This document shows positions 1 through 12,714 of a stretch of DNA of 64,000 nt, one piece after another; the first letter of the stretch is position 1, and each line of letters opens with the position of its first letter. The position numbers and the translations under genes were made by a program. The notes beneath the pieces were generated by a model that ran no database searches, had not been told where the DNA came from, and worked only from the letters and a program-made list of their open reading frames with translations. Source of the stretch: the human T2T-CHM13v2.0 reference genome, Homo sapiens; NCBI RefSeq assembly GCF_009914755.1, contig NC_060928.1; one strand, given 5' to 3'.

Positions 1-44
1 AAAACAAAAACAAAAACAAAAATAAAATAAAATAAAACCCCAAA

Positions 45-250
45 ATATTGTATATTTGAAAAATGCTGAGATTAGATTTTGTGTTCTTACCACAAAACAA
101 AGATAAGTAATTGAGGTAAGGTGTATGTTAAACAGCTTGATTTAGCCATTTCACTATGTATATCTATATGTATATCTCTCTCAAAACATCATGTTGCATG
201 CCCTAAATATGTACAATTTTGACTTGTCAATTAAAAAATGAATTTTAAAA
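45..250 (+). mobile_element. L1M (L1MA/MB-type) 3' end fragment
   Basis: Typical old L1 3'UTR (GTTAAACAGCTTGATTTAGCCATT...AAAACATCATGTTG...TACAATTTT) ending A-rich. Confidence 0.7.
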
Positions 251-625
251 AATGGGACTTGTGATGAGTGATTACATTAGTGTAACAATGGCACTCTGCC
301 TCACACTGTCTCTGGAAAGTGTGTAAAATTCAGATGCTGAAGGGGCCAGATGGCTAGGGCAAATGAGTGACACAGGCCATGGGTTTGTACATTTGTTTGC
401 ATGTCAAACCCCAGCAGCAATATTCATTTCTACAGAGAAACATGCCCTCCCCCATTTCTGTTAAACACATGATCCTCTCAAGCTATCTTTCATTTTCCTT
501 CTTTTGGTAAGGAGTGTCAGATATAGAGAAACATTTCTCTACTCTAAGAAACACAACAGCACATGCACAACAACGGATACCTTCACTGGGCCTTGGGAGC
601 CAATAAGGGCGCAAAGGACGGTGGG

Positions 626-976
626 TGCTGTGGTCTGAATGTTTATGTCCCCTCAAAACTCCTTTGTTGATATCCTTACCCCCAAGGTGGTGAGATTAGG
701 AGGTGGGGCCTTTGGAGGTGATTAGGTCACGAGCGTAGAACCCTCTCGAATGGGATTAGTTCTCATAAAAGGTACCCCAGAGAGCTCATTTGCCATGTGA
801 GGTTAGAGTGAGAAGACCATAATCTATGAGGCAGTGGACCCTCACCATACCCCAAATCTGCCGGGGCCTTGATCTTGGACTTCCTAGCCTCCAGAACTGT
901 AAGAAATAAATTTCTGTTGTTTATAAGCCACCCAGTCTATGCTATTTTGTGACAGCAGCCTGAATGGACTAAGACA
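626..976 (+). mobile_element. MLT1A-type MaLR solo LTR
   Basis: TGCTGTGGTCTGAATG...GGACTAAGACA; AATAAA near 3' end; 5-bp TSD GTGGG at 621-625 and 977-981. Confidence 0.9.
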
Positions 977-1729
977 GTGGGAAACAGGGAAGGCAGGTCT
1001 CTTCTAAGGGTCAGCCTCTTTTCTGCCGAGACAGCTACCACACAGAACTTGGTATGACGAGTACCAAAGAACATCCACATGTTTCAAGAGAAGCTGGAAA
1101 TCTGGACCAATACGTGAAGTTTCCAGATTTTAAAGGTATAAATCATTCATGAGACAAACATGTGACCACTGGCCTACAGAGTGAGGCAAAATGTGAGACT
1201 AAACAACAAAATGCAAACAAAATCATTTCCAAAGAAATTATTTTCTCTATTCATCCAAGTAACACTTACTGACCATCTATTTTGAATAAGACATTGCATT
1301 TGGCAGTAAGAAAAGACACAAAACTAAATACGACAGGACATCTACCTTCAAAGAGAGCTTTCATACTAGATTAAAATACCAAATTACGTCATATGGGTTG
1401 AAAATCCCCGCAGGGCTGAGGCCAGAAGGGAATTACTGAGTAATTCAATTATGGAGATATGAATGCTCTTGTCTACTTTGATCAGCACTCGGGGAAAGAC
1501 AAGAGATTGTGGAACTGGAATTACTGATGGCCCAAACTCCTATTTTTAACACTGGACTCACAGGAAAGCCAAAAGGACACAGTAAATCAAAGACACACCA
1601 AGCAAAATCCTGGTTGTTTGAAAACATTAACAAGATAGCTTCCAAACTGGCCTTACAGGAATATAAAACAGGGATATTATGTATTTTTAAAAATATTCTA
1701 AAAAAATAATTAAATGAAAACTAGATCAA

Positions 1730-2065
1730 CAGTTCTCAAAGTGTGATCTCAGGACCCCTGGGGAGCCCGAAGACCTTCTTAGGAGGCGCCCACAAGGTCA
1801 AAACTATTTTAATACTAAGGTATCATTTGCGTTTTTAATTCTATTATTTCTCTGAGTGTAGAGTGGAGTCTTCCAGAGGTTACGTGATATATAATGATGT
1901 CATATTGGAATATGTGCTTGTGTAGTCTTCTGTTTTAAACATTTCTCAAAAATACATATCAGTTTCAATTTCTAATATTGTAACTATCAATAGGTATGGA
2001 AACATAAGTTCTTTGGGGTCCTCAATAATTTTTAAGAATATGAGGGGCCCAGGAGTTTAAATTGG
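1730..2065 (+). mobile_element. hAT-Charlie DNA transposon fossil (MER119-like)
   Basis: Charlie-type terminus CAGTTCTCAAAGTGTG...GACCCCTGGGG, then AGGTCAAAACTATTTT; subfamily from memory. Confidence 0.6.
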
Positions 2066-3954
2066 ATTATAAAATCTGCAAGGGTAGAGACTGCCTCTTG
2101 TTTAGTGTTATATCCATAGCTCTTAGCACACTGCCTTGCAAATGGTACACACTCAGTAAATATTTGTCAAATGAAAGAATGACTGCCAAAGCATGTACCC
2201 AAAAGTGCATTTAGATATAGAAAGCAAACACCTAAAGTGGTCTTTATTTTTCCTTGGTTGTTTTTTCCAGTTACCAGCTTGGATTAAAAATGGTCCCTTC
2301 CTTAGTGTATAGTGTATAGATAGTGCATATCTTGATGATATGGCCAGGAATGTCTAGTAACTTGGCCAACATCCTATGTTTTCATCAATGAGCTTATAAT
2401 TCCACCTCCTGATTCTTCCTGGGAAATAAGCAAATGTCTGGCAGAACAGATGGCCCCTCTGCTGTGGCCTGACAGAATGAAATCTTGGATTTATTTAACA
2501 ATAAAGCAAAGTAGTTTCCACAGGCAGGAATCTTCCCCTCCTCACCAAATAATATTTCCTTTAATGTAAACTTGCAGATTAATAGTAATTATAAGTAGTA
2601 ATCTCCTCAGTCAGAATTACCATCTTAAGGAATGAAGACATGGTCTAAAATAATCACTATACAAATATAAACACCTTTTTTAAAAATGCATATTCCCAAA
2701 ATTGCAGATTACGATCCCACAGCAACCTGCCTCCAGTAATGGATTTTATGATAAGCACTTTAACCTGAGTTCTGTTCCTAATGAGTCTGATTCAGCAAGT
2801 CTGGGATGGGGTCTGGTATTTTCTAAATCTTTGTAAGTGATTTAGATGCATCTCCTAGAGTCTAGGGGCTATGCTGACAACTGTTAGCCTACTATATTGT
2901 CTTAATCATTAATAAGGAATGCACTCATAGTCAACATGAATTAGTAAGACACTAAAATAAACTTAATATGATTTTGATATCACAAGATCGTGTTTCTAAA
3001 AGCCAGGAAAGAATTTGGATAATTTTGCTTAGGAGTTAGAGAATCTTGCAAGGAAATTAACGACACTGCCTCCGTTTACAGTGCTATAGTTTCTTCCTGT
3101 GCTGAGCCAATCACATTGCTCCGTTATAAACTTGGAAAAGAGAAACTAGGAGATGAAGCATGTCTATGAGAGGTCAACAGCTGGAAAGTCACACTGAGGC
3201 GGGGCTGAGCAAGCCCGGATGAGTACAGAGCCAGGCTGAGTAAACAGAGGAAGCCTGTTGGTGGAGAAAGCAGAGGAAAAAGTGGGAGGCAGAGTGTGCC
3301 TGCTTCCTGCTGACTTTCCACTTTCGGTTGTCCTCTCAGGAGGCCTTACTGTGCCGTGGTTCTTGCCCTTTGATTTCTATGAGCTTCCCCTTCCAGATTT
3401 ACAGAAACAAAAAAAAGAATCCTCTCTTGCCAGAGCTAGTTTGAGTAGGCCTCAACTCCTTAAGAGAGCCAAGAAGCGGGATACATTGTGGTCTGTAAGG
3501 ACAATGTAGCATGAGAGGTGAGGGATGGCCATAGAATTTATTGTCCAAAGCAGAAATCTTTTGGAGGAAAGGGGGTGTTAGTGATTACACCAGCACAACA
3601 GGTACACAGAAACCATGTAGGACTATTCCAGGCAAATGGGATGTATGGTCATCCTTGAGATGGGAAAAGTGGGTTCAGGATCAGAAGGCTAGCTGGCACG
3701 CTCTCTCCTTCCCTCTCCATTTGACTTTAGATAAGTCACTTCTATTCCAAGAGCCTCAATTTCCTTGACCGTAAGATAACAGATTTAAGATATCTTTACA
3801 GGTTTTTTTCTGATCAAGAAAAATCTCAGACTAAGATAAGTCTTCTTTGAATAGAGGCAACTCAGGAGATGAGGTAGATATGCAAGAAGGAGCCTTTTAA
3901 AATGATATATAGCTGAATGCCTTTACATACACATCAATAAAGATGTTTTGCTGA

Positions 3955-4335
<381 letters not shown>

Positions 4336-5792
4336 TATATTTTACTTCTTGAGGAATCGGTAGAACAGCTCCAGAGTTTCTATGGCTCCCAAAAGAAACC
4401 AGCTGGTACTGACTTGCCCAGAGCCTCAGGTCCAGATGAAGGGGAAGTGTATTTGTCCTGTTCATTGCATCTCTGAGACCTAATGCTACAGTCCTGCCTT
4501 GACCTGTGAAGAGGAAGTCAAAGGTGTAAACAGTCTCCCACTGGTTCCCTTGCCATCCCATCCCTTGTTGGCCAGCCCTGACTGTGGCCAGTTCTGCATC
4601 CCTATTACTGGGAGACAGTCAACCTGCCAGCACGTCTGCAGAGATTAGGAGCGCAAACTTAATATTCTGAACTGCATAGCTGCTCTTAAAGGTCATGGGA
4701 TCTCAGAAGTTTGGAGCTAAGAGGAACCATAGCTTGTATAATAAGTTTCAATTCACAGATGACAAATATAGCTAAAGACATAACAACTGTTAACGTTCAG
4801 GCATTGTGCGAGGCATTGTGCTGGGTGCTTTATAGATATCATATTATTTCATTCTTGTGACAACTCTGAGTTAAGTATTCTTATCCTTATTGTTCCTATT
4901 TTCAAAATGAGGATCCTTAGGATTTGAGGGATTAAATAACTTGCCACTGTGCTTGTTCAGCTTAGTCCAAGAAATCCTTAGGGACAGAAAAAAAATGTTT
5001 GATTCAGTTCTGCTGATTCTCAGGACACTCTTCTTTCTATTAAAATGATCACAGGCGAGTGAAGAGGCATTTAATATGTATCTCAGGCACTGTGCTAGGT
5101 GTCAAGGCAGTTCACTGGGATACCAGATGAAATGTAACGTAAACTCCTGCCTTTCCAGGCCTAAGGGAGGAAAAGGAACTGCTGGGTCTCTGCAAAGCTC
5201 TCTCTTCATGAAGGCCCAAACGCTTGTAAGGAAATGCCTTATTAATGCTCACAATATCCCCTAGGAAGAGGGTGTGGGAAAAAGAGAAGTACTATTATGC
5301 CTCTCTTGCAAATGAGAAAATTGAAGCAGAAACAATTACAGGCCTTGCCCAATACGAGGCAGTCACCACTGAGGCCAAAAATGAAACAAAATTGTCTTGG
5401 TTCCTTCCACGATATTCACTGGCCAAAATTAAAAGTCTCTCTTCAGTTACCTCTGGTCACTGCAGGGTTCAAGGACAATTATCATTTGAGACAACTTTTT
5501 GGATAGGAATTCTCTTACTAAGCTTCCCACACCTACTCATTTGAATTTCATCCCTTTTCCCTCTTCCCTTTTTGACATAGACAAGTCGGGGCATAGACAA
5601 TCTTCAAATGAAAAAACAAAGAACTGGAAATATCAGAGTAGATTATATTATAACTACATTAGAATCAAGTTATGAATGAATTCTCCCATAGTAATACTAG
5701 TGGCAATAAAGATGACTGCCACATATTGATTACCTATTCTGTGCCTGATACTATGCTAAGTGCTTTATACTTGGTCCTACAATAATACACAT

Positions 5793-5963
5793 GCAGAGAC
5801 AAATCCAGGTTTTGTGGGTCCTGAAGCTTATACAATTTGAAGGGTCCTTCTTAAGAAAAAAGAAAATTTGGGATATAGAATGAGGTACAGGGCTTCGCAA
5901 GGGTCTGTGCAAGTGAGAGACCCAAAGCTTAACTTTGCGAGTTTCATGGTAAATGCATCACTG
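5793..5963 (-). mobile_element. MER53-like hAT DNA transposon inside a MIR
   Basis: CCTGAAGCTTATACAATTT...GTGCAAGTGAG...AAGCTTAACTT...CATGGTAAATGCATCACTG resembles recalled MER53; MIR-like sequence on both sides. Confidence 0.55.
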
Positions 5964-8094
5964 TGCCCAAGTTAGCTAACAGCTCATATCCCCAGTTTTA
6001 CAAGCAATGAAATTGAGGACCAAGTAAGTTATTTGACGTAAGTCATAAAGCTTATACTGGCAAGGATAGGATTTGAACATATGGAATCTGACTCCAAATC
6101 TCACGTATTTTCTTTGTGTGGCTTCTAATAAAAATAAAGTTGCTATCACCTATTAAGCACTAACTATATCCCAGAAAGATCACACCTTAAGGTTATAAGA
6201 ATTATTTGACAAAGCAGATGTGATCGTTAGTCCTTATTATCCCTATTTACAGATGGGGAAAACATGAATCAAGTAAGATTAAACAGCCCACGGTCACCGA
6301 GCTGGGACATAGTGGAAGCTAGGTTTCATGCCCAGGAGTGTAACATCCTCAATCTTTCCCACTGTCCCATGCTACCTACCACCCTACAGGTAATCCAGGA
6401 AAAAGCAGAATAGCGATGTGTGACTTACCTCTAATGACAACAGTATTTCCACACCTGCCCACTGAAACTAGCCCTGTCCTTTAGTTTCATACAATACACC
6501 GTGCAGTCCTCCTTAGCTGGGATTGAGCAGCTCTGAAAGTCCACTTCCCTGTACTATTACTTATCAGAACAGAGTCCATTCCTCATGGAGAAAAACACTT
6601 GGAAATATCAACACAAACTCAGGCCCCAGCCAAGTTGCCTTACAGCCACCCCCTCACCCAGAGAAATGGAGACACACAGAGAATCTAAGGGCTGGCTATA
6701 TGGGAACCACGGGGAAGATCACTCATCCTATAGGGCTCCTTGAAACAGCCTTTCAAGGCCATATAAGAAAACTCACATATTTACTATAATTGGATTGCTT
6801 TACTCTAGTCACCCAAAGCAAGAGTTTACATCCTCAAACACAGCTCACCATGGATTTGGACATGGACAGGAGTGGAGAAAGGATTCAGTTTCTTTTTTCC
6901 TTGAACATGATTGCTCAAAGGAAACTGACCCTCGAGACGCTCAGACAGTGGGCCTTGTCTTCCCTTGGCAATGTGAACTTTAAAAATTACATTATGCTTT
7001 GCCATGGTGCTTTTTGAAAAACTGCCTTTAACTGCCAGATTTCAGGTACTCACTTAATTACTTTTGGAAACTCAGTTAAAGGAAGATATCCATTGCCACC
7101 TGGAATAAAATAGCTTTACTGACTGGAGAGTGCAGTGATTCAAAGTAGACTAGGCCTGGGCTTTTTTATCTGGCCGCAGCAAGTGCAGACCAGTGGGAGA
7201 AATGAAGCGTGCAGTTATGGATGCTAACAAGAAAGGCTGCTGCTCCAGTGATTATTTTTCTTTTTTAAGGAAAAAATGATCCCAGTAATTCTCTTTTGTT
7301 CCTCTTTTGACACAGCTTGGTGGATGTGGGGGAAAGGGCAGATGAAATGACCAGTGAAATCAAAAGATGAAGTCTTCTTAAAGGACTGGCTCTCCAGCCC
7401 AATCATCTAGAGGAAGAGACAAGTTCAGATTCTTGTAGGGTATCTAAATGCATCTGTGCCTGAAAATTATGGCCGTTTGAGAAAAACAAGAATTCATGGT
7501 GAGACAAAGCAACACAGACTGTTGGTACAAGATACAAAGCCACTAAGTCAGCGTTCAGCAAAGACTGATGGATGAATTGTCACCCAGCCTAAAGGACTGG
7601 CCCAGCTACCAACTGCCCCTGCCCAGCCCAAGAGGGCAAGAACACAATAGACCGCACACCCACGTCTCATCCCCAGGCGCACACCACTTCAAAGGCTACA
7701 GCAAGCAGACAACATAACCTGCCTCTTTGCGGTGTCTTTCATTCAGTTCTGTTTCTTCATGAAGTGGGAAGGAAACAAGTTTGGGCCCACCTGAGATTGG
7801 GGTGTAGACGGAAGGAGTGGGGAGAGATGCAAACGACAGAACACAACCGAAGGCCTTTTTAAAAGTCAGGATCCATAGCCTTACTTATCACTGTAAAGGG
7901 AACAGAGTCGGCTCCATCCTTCCTCATCCTTCTTTAACCCTCGCCTACCAAGCCCTGGAAGACAGGGACGCAAGAAGAGCTCTAGCGCGGAGGGTCTGCC
8001 TGAGTGCTGGTCTTTCCCATACAAGATGTAGCAGCAGGGATGGGAGGGTGAGCTGGACGACTCCACAACACACACACAGCCCGCCCCGCCTCAC

Positions 8095-8211
8095 CTTCTC
8101 GATACTCTGGTCTACAGCCTTCTGGAAGACCCGGGCCACCAGCAGCGTGACGCTGGTCACCAGCAGGAGCAGGGACAACGTCCCCGCCGTGTAGAAGCAG
8201 CATCGGCCCAT
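8095..8211 (-). CDS. SCARB2: SCARB2 (LIMP-2, lysosome membrane protein 2) coding exon 1
   Basis: Encodes MGRCCFYTAGTLSLLLLVTSVTLLVARVFQKAVDQSIEK (N-terminal TM anchor); Kozak AGAATGG; donor AAG|GTGAGG; 117 nt, phase 0; gene continues left of the window. Confidence 0.98.
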
Positions 8212-8432
8212 TCTGTGCGCCGCTCACGGGCCGGGCCGGGCCGCACCCGCCAGGGATCCAACTGCAAGGAGGGAGGAGCCGCCGCAGAGGCGTCGAAGAC
8301 CCGGGACCCTTCGGCGCCACGCCCACGCCCTCCCGGCGCACGGTTCGTGCGCGCAGCTCTGGGCTCCGCGGCCTGGCGAGCGCGACCCCGGGTGCACCGG
8401 GCGGATGGGGCCGCGGAGGGACGGGCCCGGAC

Positions 8433-8448
8433 TCGGTTTCGGTTTCCT
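8433..8448 (-). promoter_or_regulatory. ISRE/IRF element
   Basis: Minus strand AGGAAACCGAAACCGA fits GAAANNGAAA and closely resembles the ISG15 ISRE (GGGAAACCGAAACTG). Confidence 0.7.
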
Positions 8449-8596
8449 TCGCCGGGCAGCCGTGGCGCCCGCCTAGCGCAGCTCGGGAGAGTGCAGGGAG
8501 CGCGCAGGGACGTGACGTTCGCGGGCCGGGCTCGCCGCAACCCCGCGAGGCAACCGCCGGCGACTGCGCGGGGAGGCGGGCGGGGGCGGAGGCCGC

Positions 8597-8606
8597 AGTC
8601 ATGTGC
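8597..8606 (+). promoter_or_regulatory. M-box (MITF/TFEB/TFE3 E-box)
   Basis: AGTCATGTGC = first 10 nt of the canonical M-box AGTCATGTGCT; CLEAR-like GTCACGTC (minus) at 8509-8516. Confidence 0.65.
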
Positions 8607-8709
8607 CCTGCGGCGGCGGCAGTGATTCGGCCCGCGCCCTCCCCGGCCGGTCCCCGGTGGCCCTGAGTGGCTGCGGCGCCTGAGCCAGGCCCGGCCTGGC
8701 CGCTCCCAG

Positions 8710-9092
8710 CGCCCTGCACCGCAGGCCCAGCGCTCGCCCCACCGAAATTGCCGAACCTGGTTCACACACTCATTTACTCATTCCGCAGATAGGTCTGAGG
8801 GCCTCCCATGGGCCACGCGCTGGGGATTCAAGGTGGCTGGGACATTCCCCTGCTCTAGAGGCGCTCGCAAGTTAGCGGGGACACCGTTACCGCAATTACA
8901 ACACAATGTAGCAAGTGCTTCTACCAGGTGCCTGCTGAGATCATGCCAGCAAGCATGTTCTGCCTGGATGACCTAGGGCCCCACATTGAACTGGGGCCTG
9001 GGGGATGCATAAGTTTGTCACGTAAGGGGCATGTGCAAGAATGGAAGATGTGCAAAAAAGGGAGGAGGAGGCATTTCACGGAGAAGGAAACG
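8710..9092 (+). other. FAM47E: Candidate non-coding first exon of alternative FAM47E transcript (L2-derived, start approximate)
   Basis: Donor ACG|GTGAGC at 9092/9093 just beyond the CpG island; 8765-9260 resembles an antisense L2 3' end; agrees with my recollection of an annotated isoform. Confidence 0.6.
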
Positions 9093-10149
9093 GTGAGCAA
9101 AGGCATTGGGGGTGAAAGAGCAAAACCTGTAGGAAGCAAGAAGGAAGTTCCTTTTGACTGTAGGCTCAGGTGTTCAGGGGGTGGAGTCGGAGGTGTTGAG
9201 GCCCCAAGAGGTCAGACTTTGAAGGGCTCTTGGTATCCTGTTAAAGATGTGGAAGTTGGGAAGGAGCTTAAAGCAGGCATCGCTGGTGTTCTTGCCTGCT
9301 TTGCTCACTGTGGTGTCCCAGACACCCAGGACCAAGACCTGCACACAGCCAGGACTCAAGAAGTGTTCGTTAAATGAGTGTTTCTTCTACGCCAGCCCTT
9401 TACTAGTTTCTTTGCACAGTTCTACTCATTTAATACCCTTGGCAGTCCTATGAATAGGAGGTTGTGTTTGTCCCAGTCCTCCAGAAACAGTCCCAGATGG
9501 GGGTACTATGCAAGAGAGTTTTGAGGGAAAACAGGGAGCTGGACCTGGGATGCAGGTGTGATCCTTGTGAAGGAAAGAGGCAAGCAAGGAAGGAAGGTTG
9601 GGTGGAAGGAAGCATTTGATATATATACAGTCCATGTATAAAAAGTTCAGCAAGGCCATTGGGGTGGGGAATCCTTTAGCCAAATGGGCTTGTCCCAGAA
9701 GTCTGGCATCTCCCAGAAAGAGGCCTGCCTTAGTATCCCTGCTGTGCTCAGTCATGAGCTGGGAGCAGCCTTAGGAAGCTGGCCTTTGCAGCAACCTAGG
9801 GATAAATATCAGGGTATGGATTTCAGCAGAGCTCAGCAGTTGAGGCGGAGCCATTGGTCAGTTATGCTATCTACACTGCAAGATCCAAGAAGTACATTTT
9901 CTTGGCAACTATAGTGTATTATCCTCATTTTACACTCAAGAACACTGGGGCTCTGAGTTAAGTAACCTAACAAGCTCAACTGGTTGCTGAGTGGTGGATC
10001 CTGCTTGAACCAGGATGTAGGGCTGGCTGTTGGCTTCCAAAACCCTCACTTTTTCTACTCTGCGCATTGCTGCATCCCGATCTGTCACTAATGAGAATCT
10101 GAGGACAGCAAATCAGTTAGGAGGCTTTGTTGAGGACTTGGTGAGATAG

Positions 10150-10627
10150 CATGATGGTTTAAAAATGGTGGCAAATTATTTGTTACTCCTTTCGTTGAGA
10201 GGTGGGGTCTATACTTTCTCGCTTTGAATTTGGGCAGGTTTTAGCAATTTGTTAAACCAATAGAATACAGTGGAAATGACCATATCCTGGAACTTCTGAA
10301 GCTAGATCATAAATGCCTTGCAACTTCTGCTGGGGCCTTTGGAAATTCTTGCTCTTGGAGCCTCAAGTCACCCCTAAGTTCAGCTACCCGGAGACTGCTG
10401 CAGAGAACATGGGAAAGACTGTGGGGAGAAGCCCTGAGTCTGTAGGAAGAGAAATGTCCCACCAGTCCCCAGCTGTCCCTAGCCTTTTGAGTCACAGGCC
10501 CTAGACATTACAGAGCAGAGGTGAGTGGTCCCTGCTGAGCCCTGCTCAAAATGCAAAATAAAGGATTGTTGTTGTTTAAGCCACTGAGTGTTGGTGTGGT
10601 AGGTTACTCAGTAGATAACTGGAGCAG
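10150..10627 (+). mobile_element. MLT1 (F/G/H-type) MaLR LTR
   Basis: ACTCCTTTCGTTGAGAGGTGGGGTCTA...TTTAAGCCACTGAGTGTTGG...TAGATAACTGGAGCA. Confidence 0.7.
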
Positions 10628-11993
10628 ATGGTAAGGGCAGAACTGAGGCTGGGACATTTTGTAGCTACCAAAGCTCTTCAAGCAGCAGCCCCAGAGGACC
10701 AGTCCTGTGTTCAAATAGAACCTGGTGGGGTCCTGAATGATTCAACTGTCCCCAGCCTGATGGGTGGGTGGTCTCCAGTCCTCAGGTGTCCACAATCGGC
10801 AGCCTTTCTCTTCCCCTAATCCTGCCTCTTCTCTGCTGTTAAGTTTCAGTTAGCTACATTAACTCTGCTCTGTGCCCCAGTTTGCTTAAGGAGCAATGCT
10901 AGCCCACTAACCCTCACATGTCCCCTACCTAGGCATTGGTTGAAGTCCTCCTGTCATCTATATGTCCTCTCCTTCCCTAACTAGAAAAAAAAATTTGGTA
11001 ACTTGCCTGCCTAGGTACTTTGGCACTCAGAAGTTCATGCTCACACTGAACTTCCACCCCCTACTCTCTGACTGCTACAATCAGATTTTCTGTTAGCGGG
11101 CTCCATTCTGGAGGGCAAACTCCATAGGTACCCACTCCTCCCATCCCTGGACCACCAATCCCAGGGTACTCTTCCTTTTCATTGTTCATTGAGGTCCCTT
11201 CTTCTCTCTTGTCTGGGCCACCAGGACAGTAACAGACTGTGGGGATGGAGAGATGGAGACAAATTTGATAAATGTATCTTAGTGTGGGAGAGTTTCTAAA
11301 CAAGGGTTTACAGCTCAAGTTGCCCTCAGTTTACCTGCTCTCTGAGGATCTCACTCTGTTTCCACTATGTCAGGCGGTTAGTAAGCCACTTCCCCTTTAA
11401 AACTCTGGACAAGCCGAATGAAAATCTCTTTCTTGGTTCTTCTTAACACAGCTGACCAGGCTAGCATTTTTAAATGTGTTAACATAAGACAGAACAAAAA
11501 GGACCTAATTACAGAAAATATAAACAGCTTTTAAGAAAATAATGTATGTTCCCAAAATAGCAGTCTGTGATCCCACAGTAATCTCTGTCTTATCACCGAG
11601 GCTGGCATAACTTTTTAGCAGCTGGCCTGGCTGTCTTTCTGTTCAGTTCCATCTTCTCTACCCACAGCTATGTTCAGAAGCTTTTGACACAAAGCCCCAA
11701 AATCCAGATTTAAGTTTCTCAATGCCCTTTGGGACTTCCTCCTCATTTCTGATCTATAGGACATGTCTGCACCGCTAATTGGCATTGTTAGTTTATTGCC
11801 ACAGGATCATCTCACCCTATGAGAGACTTTGCCCTCTCATCCAGGGAGTAGCCCCTGCTTGCCAGCCACTAATAACCCTGAACACACTCTGGAGGGGCAG
11901 ACAGCTTGGGAAGGGGTTACTGCTCCCAGAGTTTAGATGAGGAGGCTGATGCCAGGGCAGGGAGACAATCAGGAATCTTCCTGGTGACTTCTC

Positions 11994-12387
11994 TGCTATG
12001 GTTTGGATTTGTGTTCCCTCCAAATCTCATGTTGAAATTTGATCCCCAGTGTTGGAGGTGGGGCCTAATGGGAGGTGTTTGGGTCCTGAGGAGAGATTGT
12101 TCATGAATAGATTAATGCCTCCCTCAGGCATGAGTGAGTTGTCAGAGAGCGGGTTGTTGAAAAGAGCTGGCACCTCCTCCTTCTCTCTCTAGCTTCCTCT
12201 CTGCCCATGTGCCTCACACAGGTGTGCTCCCTTTCTGCCTTCCCAGGAGTGGAAGCAGCCTGAGGCCCTCATCCAATGCAGATGTCTGTGCCGTGCGTCT
12301 TGTCCAGCCTGCAGAACCATGAGCCAAATAAACCTCTTTTCACTACCCAATCTCAGGTATTGTTATAGCAACACAAACAGACAAGGG
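11994..12387 (+). mobile_element. MSTB-type MaLR LTR
   Basis: TGCTATGGTTTGGAT...CCAAATCTCATGTTGAAATTTGATCCCCAGTGTTGGAGGTGGGGCC...GAGCCAAATAAACCTCTTTT. Confidence 0.88.
12276..12356 (+). CDS. FAM47E: FAM47E alternative N-terminal coding exon inside MST LTR (exon 12247-12356)
   Basis: Acceptor CCTTCCCAG|G at 12246/12247; ATG 12276; MQMSVPCVLSSLQNHEPNKPLFTTQSQ (81 nt); donor CAG|GTATTG, phase 0, compatible with exon 58384. Confidence 0.65.
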
Positions 12388-12714
12388 CGGAAAATGAGGA
12401 GACTGATGCTGTGGCAAGGAGATACGGTGATCTCTCTATACCTAAAATCAGAAGACTTTATCTGAGAAGAACAAGTACACTTAATGAATGATTGCTGGTG
12501 CCTGTTGAAATTATGCAATCATTCGGGACTTAGAAAAAGAGCTTTCTTCACAGACTCTAAGGGCTATCGAGGGGAAGCAAGAGGGCTCTTTGGGCTCTAC
12601 CTTAAATTTAGAATGTTGATACTATACTCAAATGAGTTTAATGATGTAGTCATTGTATACTTTTATGTTCAAAGTGTTAATGTGTTAAATATAAACATTT
12701 AAAATACACCACAG

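Larger units (their letters stand above)
7950..8900. promoter_or_regulatory. SCARB2: CpG island / SCARB2 promoter (probably bidirectional)
   Basis: Very high GC and CpG density over exon 1 and upstream; GC boxes at 8570-8592; no TATA box seen. Confidence 0.92.

Noticed and set aside
7945-8094. ORF extension beyond SCARB2 codon 39
   Set aside because: Read-through past the GTGAG donor into intron 1
7982-8765. Long ORFs (245, 202, 136 aa) over the SCARB2 island
   Set aside because: Pro/Arg/Ala/Gly-rich products expected from stop-poor GC-rich DNA; non-ATG starts; no recognisable domain
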